A stretch of 64,000 nucleotides of DNA from an uncultured Candidatus Saccharibacteria bacterium (lineage in GTDB: Bacteria; Patescibacteriota; UBA1384; XYA2-FULL-43-10; 1-14-0-10-43-13). The notes under the pieces are model-generated. The model was not told the origin of the DNA. It made no database searches and saw only the letters and a program-made list of their open reading frames with translations. The stretch's first letter is position 1; each line of letters begins with the position of its first letter. Below are positions 16,351 to 24,952 of this stretch, one piece after another. Location: positions 64,450-128,449 of the forward strand of contig CAZVMH010000001.1 in assembly GCA_964628585.1 (NCBI GenBank), given 5' to 3'. A program made the translations under genes and the position numbers.

Positions 16351-17181
16351 TTGAGAACAAAGTTAAAAAAATATATAATGAGTACAATGAAAAAATATTG
16401 GCTTTATTTTTCAACGGCTTTTAGGGCAGAATCTGCCTACAAAGCCGATTTTCTATTCTCGATAATAATAAATCTGGTCTATTTTTTTATTTATTTTACG
16501 ATTTGGAAAACAATTTATACCAATGGAGGTATTGATCAGATTAGTTCATATACTCTTGGTAGTACAATTACATACTATTTTATTAGTAATCTTATTTTTC
16601 AAACTGATCCAAGCAATTTTATTTACTTAGGATGGGATATCTGGGAGGGGAACCTAACAAACGATTTAATCAAACCATATAGTATTAAAATAATTGAGAT
16701 TTTAATCTCTTTAGCTGACGTTGCAATTAACTTTCTTCTATATCTACCAATTGCAGCTGCTATTATAGTAATCTTTTATCAATATCTTCAATTTCCGACT
16801 GCTCTGACTTTCGTTTACTTTATTATTGCTTTTTTACTTTCAATTTTACTAATGCTTTCAATAGGATTGTTCTTACATAGCATGAATTTCTTTTTTGGGG
16901 ACCAAGAGGCCAATATTGGTCTAGCAAACTACATAATATTCTTTTTTGCTGGTGCGTTCTTCCCGCTTGCTTTTTTGCCACAAAAAATTGGGGCAATAAT
17001 TAATCTTTTGCCTTTTAAATATTTATTTAATACCCCAATCAATATCTTTTTAGGTAAAATGTCTCATACTGAAATTATGTCTTCTTTTGCAGGAGCATTG
17101 CTTTGGATACTGATATTCTATTTTGCATTTAACTTTTTGTTCAATAAAGGTATAAAGAGATATTCGGGAGTAGGAAAATGA
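16351..17181 (+). CDS. ABC-2 family transporter permease (integral membrane protein)
   Basis: 276-aa ORF with about six predicted TM helices, upstream of a second permease and an ABC ATPase. Confidence 0.55.
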   Translation: MRTKLKKYIMSTMKKYWLYFSTAFRAESAYKADFLFSIIINLVYFFIYFTIWKTIYTNGGIDQISSYTLGSTITYYFISNLIFQTDPSNFIYLGWDIWEGNLTNDLIKPYSIKIIEILISLADVAINFLLYLPIAAAIIVIFYQYLQFPTALTFVYFIIAFLLSILLMLSIGLFLHSMNFFFGDQEANIGLANYIIFFFAGAFFPLAFLPQKIGAIINLLPFKYLFNTPINIFLGKMSHTEIMSSFAGALLWILIFYFAFNFLFNKGIKRYSGVGK

Positions 17182-17969
17182 AAAAATATTTTAAAGTTTT
17201 TTGGATAATAGTTGTAAATTCTATCAAGCGTGACAAATTGGTACCGGGTGCTGTTTTTGCAAATCTTGTTGGCGAGTTGCTTGAAATATCAATCACAATA
17301 ATATTTTTTAATATCATTTTTTCCAATACTAAAACATTTGGCGACTGGACATTTTATCAAACTTTATTTTTATATGCCTATACCAGAACAGTAACCTCAA
17401 TAAGTGCTGCTATAACTCGAGGAGGTACTAAAGATTTGGCTAATAAATTAATTCGCAGAGGCGAACTTGATTTTTTACTCACTAAGCCCCTAGAGTCGTT
17501 TCTCTCTGTTTTATTAAAAAGACCTAGACCATATGTCATTTTAAATACTCTTTTCTTTATTATGCTTGGCTCCTATTCAATACTTAAAGGGGGAATCCAA
17601 ATATCTTTTGCTGGAGTGTGTTTTTTAATTTTTCTAACAATTTTTAGTGTCGTATTGATTTCTTTTTTACGACTTTTAACAGTAATTCCAGTGTTTTGGT
17701 TTATTAGACTCTGGGCAATACAAGATGTTTTAAACAAATTTGTTCAATTTATGCGTTACCCAGCAAAAGTTTTTGCTCTGCCACTTCGAATCGGTCTTTT
17801 TGTGGTTTTGCCCGTCTTGGCTGCTTCCTATATTCCAGCTTCAATTTTTGTAATAGGGTTTAATTGGCTTCAAGCATTGTATTTAATGATTATTACTTAT
17901 ATTTTTGTTATAATAACTAAAGCATTTTGGAAAGCGGGATTAAAAAAATATGGGAGCGCTTCGTCGTAA
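17178..17969 (+). CDS. ABC-2 family transporter permease (second subunit)
   Basis: 263-aa polytopic membrane protein. The ATGA start/stop overlaps the previous gene, and the ABC ATPase gene follows. Confidence 0.55.
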   Translation: MKKYFKVFWIIVVNSIKRDKLVPGAVFANLVGELLEISITIIFFNIIFSNTKTFGDWTFYQTLFLYAYTRTVTSISAAITRGGTKDLANKLIRRGELDFLLTKPLESFLSVLLKRPRPYVILNTLFFIMLGSYSILKGGIQISFAGVCFLIFLTIFSVVLISFLRLLTVIPVFWFIRLWAIQDVLNKFVQFMRYPAKVFALPLRIGLFVVLPVLAASYIPASIFVIGFNWLQALYLMIITYIFVIITKAFWKAGLKKYGSASS

Positions 17970-17986
17970 AAATATTTTATAAAGAT

Positions 17987-18943
17987 ATGAAAATAATTGA
18001 AGCAAAAAACATAACAAAAACTTTTACCAAATCAAAATTCAACTGGAAAAATTTTGATTTTGAAAAATCTGACAAAGATGCAGTAAAAAATTTAAGCGTC
18101 GAAATTGAAGAGGGCGAATTTATTGGTTTTTTAGGTCCAAATGGGGCCGGTAAGACTACATTTTTAAAAATGCTTTCTGGTATTCTCTTCCCCACATCGG
18201 GAGAAGCAACTGTTTTTGGCTTCGTTCCCTGGGAGAGAGATTTTAATTATTTGAAACAGATGGGAATTGTAATGGGACAAAAAAATCAGCTTTGGTGGGA
18301 CTTGCCAGCAATAGATTCATACAATTTGCTCAAAGCAATATATGATATTAAAGAAAAAGATTACAAAAATAATTTAGACATGTTTGTAGAAGCCTTAGAT
18401 ATGAAGCATCTTTTAGTAAAAAGACTGAGGGAGATGTCTTTGGGTGAACGAATGAAATGCGAACTAACCGCATCTTTTTTGCACGATCCAAAGGTAATAT
18501 TTTTAGATGAACCAACAATTGGACTGGATGTTGTATCAGCCCAATCAATCAGGAAGTTTCTAAAAACCATTAATAAAGAAAAGAAAAGCACAATTATTTT
18601 AACGAGTCATTATATGGGTGACATTGAAGAACTTTGCAAACGAGTAGTAATTATTAATGAAGGTGAAAAAGTATTTGACGGTGAGTTAAGTAAATTAAAA
18701 GAAAAATATTCTCCTGAAAAGAAAATTGAAATATATCTAAATGGTTTGGAAGATAAAAAAAAGTTTGCTCAGATTAAATGCAATAAAAAAATCCGAGAAA
18801 ATATTGGGTTGATTAGGGCCGAAAAGAATGAAATTGGTCGTATTGTCAAAGAAGTCTTTGAAAGATTTGAACCTGAAAATATTAATATTTCTGATCCTGA
18901 TGCGGAAGAAGTAATTACAAAAATTTTTAAAGAACAAAAATAG
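17987..18943 (+). CDS. ABC transporter ATP-binding protein
   Basis: Walker A (GPNGAGKTT), signature (LSLGE) and Walker B (IFLDEPTIGLD) motifs. The likely start is MKIIEAKNITKTF at 17987; the longer ORF begins at 17927. Confidence 0.75.
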   Translation: MKIIEAKNITKTFTKSKFNWKNFDFEKSDKDAVKNLSVEIEEGEFIGFLGPNGAGKTTFLKMLSGILFPTSGEATVFGFVPWERDFNYLKQMGIVMGQKNQLWWDLPAIDSYNLLKAIYDIKEKDYKNNLDMFVEALDMKHLLVKRLREMSLGERMKCELTASFLHDPKVIFLDEPTIGLDVVSAQSIRKFLKTINKEKKSTIILTSHYMGDIEELCKRVVIINEGEKVFDGELSKLKEKYSPEKKIEIYLNGLEDKKKFAQIKCNKKIRENIGLIRAEKNEIGRIVKEVFERFEPENINISDPDAEEVITKIFKEQK

Positions 18944-19023
18944 TTTTATCTCGTTCATATCAGCCATTTTAAACCATAAAGTGCTCTTTTATCTTAAGCT
19001 TAATTTTGATAATATGAAGTTAG

Positions 19024-22000
19024 ATGTTTAAAAAAGTTGATCCAAAATTGAATCTTCCTGAAGAAGAGGAGAAAGTTCTTAGGTTCTGGGATGAAAACGG
19101 AATTTTTGAGAAGTCTCTCGAAAAAGATAGCCCAAAAGGCAACTTTGTTTTTTATGAGGGCCCTCCGACTGCAAATGGTCATCCTGGTATTCACCATGTG
19201 GAGGCTCGTTCTTTTAAAGATCTTTTTTGTCGTTACAAAACAATGCAGGGCTATTATGTAAAACGAAAAGCTGGTTGGGACACACATGGTTTGCCGGTTG
19301 AATTGCAGGTAGAAAAAGAACTTGGTATTTCTGGCAAGGGTCAGATTGAAACACTTGTTCCTGGCGACAAGAAAGCTTCGATTGAAAAATTTAACAAACT
19401 CTGCAGGGAATCGGTTTGGAAGTTTAAGGGCGAGTGGGAGGAAATGACAGAGCGCATGGCCTATTGGGTAGATATGAATCACCCTTACATTACATATGAT
19501 GCAAACTATATTGAGAGCATTTGGAATATAATGTCTGAGATTGATAAAAAAGGACTTCTATATCGTGGTCACAAGGTCGTGCCATATTGTAATCGTTGCG
19601 GAACTACTCTTTCATCGCATGAAGTAGCACAGGGGTACAAAAATATCGAAGAAGAATCTGTACATATAGTATTAAAGTCAAAAAAAGATCCTGCAATTAA
19701 ATTCTTGGTTTGGACTACGACTCCATGGACGCTGGCAGGCAATGCAGCGATAGCAGTAAATCCTAAGATCGTTTATAGCTTATTGCAGATAGCAGATAGC
19801 AATTCAAAAATTGTTATGGCAAAGAACAGAATAGGTGGTGTTTTAAAAAATATCGATTACAAGGTTATCGAAGAGTTTTCAGGTGAAGAGTTTGTCAGAA
19901 AATACTCTACCGGTGGACAAGATTATGAGCCAATCTACCCAGATGGTGAAAAGTTTGTCGAAGGTGGAGAAAAGTCATACAAAATCATACTTGCCAATTA
20001 TGTTTCTGATTCAGATGGAAGTGGCATAGTTCATATTGCTCCAGCTTTTGGGCAAGATGACTATGTTTGGGGTTATCAAAAAAATCAAATCAAAGTTTTA
20101 AAAACTGTCGACGAAAAGGGGACAGAGCTTGCTGGAGCGGGCAAAGGTAGTTTTGTTAAGAAAGCCGATACCGAAATAAAAGCAGACTTAGAGAAACGAG
20201 AAATTTTATTTAAAACTGAAAAAGTTAAGCACGACTATCCGTTTTGCTGGCGTTGCGACTCCCCTCTTTTATATTTTGCTCGTGACTCTTGGTATATTGC
20301 CTCAAGCAAAATTAAAAACGAACTAGTTGCGAACAACGAACACATTAACTGGAATCCCGCCTACTTGAAGCATGGCCGTTTTGGTAATTGGCTCCAGAAT
20401 ATTGAAGACTGGGCCATCTCACGCGACCGATACTGGGGGACTCCACTTCCTGTCTGGAACTGCCAAAAATGTACCAAGAAAAAAGTGGTGGGTGATTTTA
20501 TGGATTTTAACAAAAGCAAAAATGAAACTATTACAAAACTTATTTTTGTTCGACACGGCGAATCAGAAACTAATGTAGGACATTTCAATTCAATATTACA
20601 CGACAAATGGGGGTTAACTACGCTTGGTAGAACACAAGCCGAGGCTGTTGCCGAAGACCTAAAAGATATTCAGGTTGACGCACTCCTTGTCTCGCCAGTT
20701 TTACGCGCTAAGGAAACAGCCAAGATTATTGAAAATAAGATTGGAATAAAATCTGAAGAAGATGCCCTTATTTCCGAATATGATTTTGGAGAATGGTGTG
20801 AAATAAGTAGAGAAGAACGCCTAAAACTTGAAGAATATAAAAGATACAAAGCAGTAACAACGCTCGAAGAAAAGTATCAATTCAAGCTAGGTGGTGCTGA
20901 GTCAAGAAAAGACGTTGTAACACGTGTAAAAACCTTTCTAGATAAGATTATGAAAAAGTACGAAGGCAAAACTATTGTGGTGGTCAGCCATGGCGGAATT
21001 TTAGCTGCTATTATGAAAAATATTGCCGATATATCCTTAGAAGAATATGATCATGTTGAAGACCATGTTTTACAGGGTCAACCGCATATTCGATATATTA
21101 ACTCAAGGGGCAAGCTTTTTGATCCGCATAAACCATATATTGACGAAATTACTTTTGATTGCGAATGCGGTGGAGAAATGGTTCGAACGCCCGAAGTGCT
21201 AGATGTTTGGCTTGATTCCGGCACTATGCCTTTTTCTCAATACCATTTTCCATTTATTAATAATACTCTTCTCAGAGAGCAATTTCCGGCCGACTTTATA
21301 TCTGAAGCGGTTGACCAAACCAGAGGTTGGTTCTGGACCCTTCTTGCCATTTCAACAATTCTTAAAGGCGAGTCGCCATACAAGAACGTTATCTCCTTGG
21401 GTCATGTTTTGGATGAAAAAGGCAAGAAGATGTCAAAGTCTTTGGGCAATATCATTTTCCCAATGCAAGCATTCGATAAATATGGTGCCGACATTATTAG
21501 ATATTATTTCTTCTGTGTTAATGGACCAGGTGAACCAAAACTCTTTTCTGACAAAGAAGTTACTTCATTATCGAGAAATTTATTCTTAACACTTTGGAAC
21601 GTTTTTTCATTCTTTATTACTTATGCTTCAATTGATAATTTCGAACCAAAGGAAAATATTGAACGCAAAAATATTTTGGATCGATGGGTATTGGCTAAAT
21701 TTAATAAACTGGTTGAAGAAGTAAATGAAGGATTAGACCACTACGATACTTTCAAACCAAGTAACTTAATAATTGAATTTGTCGGTGAACTTTCAACTTG
21801 GTATGTAAGACGATCAAGAAGAAGATTCTGGAAGAGTGAGAACGATAGTGATAAAATTGAAGCTTTTCAAACTTTGTATGAAATTATCATACAACTAGCA
21901 AAGTTGCTGGCACCGTTCACTCCGATGTTTGCTGAAACCATTTATTCTTATTTGCGAACCGAGAAAGATCCAATTTCAATTCACCTAACCGATTATCCAA

Positions 22001-22515
22001 AACCGGTAAAAATGGATGATTTAGTAATTAAAGAAATGGATACGGCCAGAAAGATTGTAGAGGCTGGTCTGTCAAAAAGAGCAAGTGCAGGGATTAAAGT
22101 TCGTCAACCTTTAAGCAAATTAACTTACAATGGTAGTAAATTAGATTCCGAATTAGAAACAATCATTGCCGAAGAAGTAAATGTGAAGTCTGTAGAAAAC
22201 GACTCAAAAATCACAGAGGTAATAATCGACACAGAAATTTCTCCAGAACTGAAAATGGAAGGGACTGCCAGAGAGATAATCCGAAACATCCAATCGCTAC
22301 GAAAGAAGACAGGTTTTGAAGTTGAAGACAGGATCGGTATGGTCTATCAAACAGAATCAAAATTTCTAGCAGATACTCTGGAAAAATTTGAAGAAGTAAT
22401 TAGCAAAGAAATTTTAGCCAAATCGATCAAATCTGGTAAATTAAAATCCGAAGGGACAGAAGAATTCACCATCGATGGCGAGAAAATTCAGATTGGAATT
22501 AACAAAAATAATTGA
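19024..22515 (+). CDS. ileS: Isoleucyl-tRNA synthetase, type 2 (Thermus/eukaryote-like), with a ~190-aa histidine-phosphatase (PGAM-like) domain inserted between the two halves of the zinc knuckle
   Basis: IleRS type-2 motifs PPTANGHPGIHH and KKMSKSLGN, an editing-domain motif GSGIVHIAPAFGQDDY, and a Zn knuckle C480QKC...C713EC. Between the knuckle halves sits a complete histidine-phosphatase domain (IFVRHGESETN, VSPVLRAKET, VVVSHGGI). Total length is 1163 aa. Confidence 0.85.
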   Translation: MFKKVDPKLNLPEEEEKVLRFWDENGIFEKSLEKDSPKGNFVFYEGPPTANGHPGIHHVEARSFKDLFCRYKTMQGYYVKRKAGWDTHGLPVELQVEKELGISGKGQIETLVPGDKKASIEKFNKLCRESVWKFKGEWEEMTERMAYWVDMNHPYITYDANYIESIWNIMSEIDKKGLLYRGHKVVPYCNRCGTTLSSHEVAQGYKNIEEESVHIVLKSKKDPAIKFLVWTTTPWTLAGNAAIAVNPKIVYSLLQIADSNSKIVMAKNRIGGVLKNIDYKVIEEFSGEEFVRKYSTGGQDYEPIYPDGEKFVEGGEKSYKIILANYVSDSDGSGIVHIAPAFGQDDYVWGYQKNQIKVLKTVDEKGTELAGAGKGSFVKKADTEIKADLEKREILFKTEKVKHDYPFCWRCDSPLLYFARDSWYIASSKIKNELVANNEHINWNPAYLKHGRFGNWLQNIEDWAISRDRYWGTPLPVWNCQKCTKKKVVGDFMDFNKSKNETITKLIFVRHGESETNVGHFNSILHDKWGLTTLGRTQAEAVAEDLKDIQVDALLVSPVLRAKETAKIIENKIGIKSEEDALISEYDFGEWCEISREERLKLEEYKRYKAVTTLEEKYQFKLGGAESRKDVVTRVKTFLDKIMKKYEGKTIVVVSHGGILAAIMKNIADISLEEYDHVEDHVLQGQPHIRYINSRGKLFDPHKPYIDEITFDCECGGEMVRTPEVLDVWLDSGTMPFSQYHFPFINNTLLREQFPADFISEAVDQTRGWFWTLLAISTILKGESPYKNVISLGHVLDEKGKKMSKSLGNIIFPMQAFDKYGADIIRYYFFCVNGPGEPKLFSDKEVTSLSRNLFLTLWNVFSFFITYASIDNFEPKENIERKNILDRWVLAKFNKLVEEVNEGLDHYDTFKPSNLIIEFVGELSTWYVRRSRRRFWKSENDSDKIEAFQTLYEIIIQLAKLLAPFTPMFAETIYSYLRTEKDPISIHLTDYPKPVKMDDLVIKEMDTARKIVEAGLSKRASAGIKVRQPLSKLTYNGSKLDSELETIIAEEVNVKSVENDSKITEVIIDTEISPELKMEGTAREIIRNIQSLRKKTGFEVEDRIGMVYQTESKFLADTLEKFEEVISKEILAKSIKSGKLKSEGTEEFTIDGEKIQIGINKNN

Positions 22516-22546
22516 TATCGAACGTAAGTTTGGGCATAATCAAATT

Positions 22547-23935
22547 ATGGAGATGAAACTTTTCAATACATTGGGACGCAAACAGGAAATCTTTAAGCCG
22601 ATCAAAAAAAATGAAGTCGGTATTTATTCCTGTGGCCCAACAGTTTATTGGAACCAGCACATCGGAAACATGTATGCCTACGTTGAGTGGGATTTGCTTA
22701 ATCGAACTCTAAAATATCTTGGCTATAAAACAACCTGGGTCATGAATATTACTGATGTAGGCCATTTAACTTCAGACGAAGACACCGGAGAAGACAAACT
22801 GGAAAAGGGCGCCAAGAGCGAGGGGATCTCTGTCTGGAAGATCGCCGATAAATATATTGGTCAATTTAAGGAAAGCATGAATCTTCTTAATATTAAAGAA
22901 CCAGACGAATTGCCTCGAGCAACAGACCATATTGCAGAACAAATCAAGATGATAGAGGAGATGGAAAAAAGAGGCTTTACCTATAAAACTAAAACAGGAA
23001 TTGTTTTTGATACTTCTAAATTCCCTGATTATGCCAAGTTTGCCAATTTAAATCTTGAGGAACAAAAAGCTGGCTCTCGTGTCGAAGTAGATGAGGAAAA
23101 GAAGAATCCTTGGGATTTTTTGCTCTGGATTACAAATCAGCCAAATCATGTAATGCAATGGGATTCACCTTGGGGCAAGGGCTTCCCTGGCTGGCATATT
23201 GAATGTACAGCCATGTCAACAAAGTATCTTGGCAATAAATTTGATATTCATACTGGTGGTAAAGAACATATCCCAGTTCATCATACCAACGAAATTGCTC
23301 AGGCTTACGGAGCTTTTGGCGAGCAGACAGCCAACTATTGGCTTCACAACGAGTGGGTTACCTTTGGTGGAGATAAAATCGCAAAGAGTGCTGGCAGTGC
23401 AATTTTAATTACAGATTTAGAGGAAAAGGGGTTCTCTCCGCTTTCTTATCGATATTTGATTATGACCTCACATTACCGGACCGGTTTAAATTTTACCTGG
23501 GAAAGCTTGGAGAGTGCACAAATCGCTCTAAATCGATTAAAAAATTCAATTAAAAAACTTCAGGAAGCATCAAACGATAATATCAAATCCAATCCAAAGG
23601 AAGACATAAACTGGGATGCAAAGTTCAAAAATGCGATCGCAGACGATCTGGGCACTCCACAAGCCATTGCAATTTTATGGGACATGTTAAAAGGGGATAT
23701 GAGCGCCAAAGAAAAAATCGAATTAGTGGCAAAGTGGGATAAAGTCTTCGGGCTAGACTTGTTAGAAATCAAAAAAGAAGAAATACCTGCCGAAGTATCC
23801 GAATTGGCTAAAGAACGCGCCAATGTCAGAAAAGAGAAAGCTTGGCAAAAGTCAGATGAACTAAGAGATAAAATATCGGAACTAGGTTACGAGGTGATAG
23901 ACACTTCAAGAGGATTCGAAATTAGAAAGAAATAA
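22547..23935 (+). CDS. cysS: Cysteinyl-tRNA synthetase
   Basis: The N-terminus MEMKLFNTLGRKQEIF..CGPTVYWNQHIGN (HIGH region) and a KIAKSAG (KMSKS-like) motif. The start could be 22547 or 22553; the longer ORF from 22475 overlaps ileS. Confidence 0.8.
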   Translation: MEMKLFNTLGRKQEIFKPIKKNEVGIYSCGPTVYWNQHIGNMYAYVEWDLLNRTLKYLGYKTTWVMNITDVGHLTSDEDTGEDKLEKGAKSEGISVWKIADKYIGQFKESMNLLNIKEPDELPRATDHIAEQIKMIEEMEKRGFTYKTKTGIVFDTSKFPDYAKFANLNLEEQKAGSRVEVDEEKKNPWDFLLWITNQPNHVMQWDSPWGKGFPGWHIECTAMSTKYLGNKFDIHTGGKEHIPVHHTNEIAQAYGAFGEQTANYWLHNEWVTFGGDKIAKSAGSAILITDLEEKGFSPLSYRYLIMTSHYRTGLNFTWESLESAQIALNRLKNSIKKLQEASNDNIKSNPKEDINWDAKFKNAIADDLGTPQAIAILWDMLKGDMSAKEKIELVAKWDKVFGLDLLEIKKEEIPAEVSELAKERANVRKEKAWQKSDELRDKISELGYEVIDTSRGFEIRKK

Positions 23936-23949
23936 CGAAAGGACATAGC

Positions 23950-24951
23950 ATGAAAAAAGTCATACTTACAGGCGACAGACCAACTGGAAAACTTCATCTA
24001 GGACATTTTATAGGCTCCCTTCAAAATAGAGTAAAACTTCAGGACGAATATGAGGAGTATATTCTTATCGCAGATATGCAAGCTCTGACTGACAATGCTG
24101 AAAATCCAGAAAAAGTTAGTAGCAATATTTTAGAGGTTGTCTTAGATTATTTGGCAGTTGGAATTGACCCAGATAAAGCCACGATCTGTCTTCAATCAGA
24201 GCTGCCAGCGCTTGCAGAGTTAACAATGTACTATTTAAATCTTGTTACATTGGCTCGTCTGCAAAGGAATCCAACAGTAAAAGATGAAATGAAGCAAAAA
24301 GGTTTTGAGGCCAATGTTCCGGTCGGTTTTTTAACTTACCCTATTAGTCAAGCAGCCGATATTACTGCTTTTAAAGCCGGTTTTGTTCCAGTGGGAGAAG
24401 ATCAGGTACCCGTTTTAGAACAGACGAACGAGATAGTTAAAAAATTTAATGCTAGTTATAAGACAGATGTTTTAGTTGAATGCGAGCCAATTTTGTCGAA
24501 GGTTGGAAGACTTCCTGGCACAGATGGCAGTGCTAAGATGAGCAAGTCACTAGAAAATTGCATTTATCTTTCTGACTCTGATGAGGAAATAAAGAAAAAG
24601 GTAATGAGCATGTACACAGATCCTGCCCATATCAAAGCAGAAGATCCAGGCAAGATTGAAGGTAACACAGTGTTCATTTATCTTGATGCCTTTGATCTAG
24701 AGAAAGAGGCAGTACAAAAACTAAAAGAACAATATCAAAAAGGTGGCTTAGGCGACGTGGCGGTTAAAGAAAGATTGGTTGGCGTATTGCAGAATCTAAT
24801 TAAACCAATTAGAGAAAGAAGAGAAGCGCTAGCAAAAGATCCTAAAAAAATAATGGAAATTGTTAAAGCCGGTACGATAAAAGCGCAAAAAGTGACCGAA
24901 GTAACTCTCGAAGAGGTCAAAAAGGCAATGAAATTAAACTATTTTAACTAA
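23950..24951 (+). CDS. trpS: Tryptophanyl-tRNA synthetase
   Basis: 333-aa ORF with ILTGDRPTGKLHLGHFIG (HIGH) and KMSKSLEN (KMSKS) motifs and TrpRS-like length. Confidence 0.85.
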   Translation: MKKVILTGDRPTGKLHLGHFIGSLQNRVKLQDEYEEYILIADMQALTDNAENPEKVSSNILEVVLDYLAVGIDPDKATICLQSELPALAELTMYYLNLVTLARLQRNPTVKDEMKQKGFEANVPVGFLTYPISQAADITAFKAGFVPVGEDQVPVLEQTNEIVKKFNASYKTDVLVECEPILSKVGRLPGTDGSAKMSKSLENCIYLSDSDEEIKKKVMSMYTDPAHIKAEDPGKIEGNTVFIYLDAFDLEKEAVQKLKEQYQKGGLGDVAVKERLVGVLQNLIKPIRERREALAKDPKKIMEIVKAGTIKAQKVTEVTLEEVKKAMKLNYFN

Positions 24952-24952
24952 T

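Noticed and set aside
19000-19482. 160-aa ORF antisense to the 5' end of ileS, plus similar antisense or overlapping small ORFs throughout (3314..3583, 20361..20606, 46275..46622, 50761..51051 and others)
   Set aside because: Each is embedded in a well-supported gene on the other strand. None has a conserved motif or translation signal.
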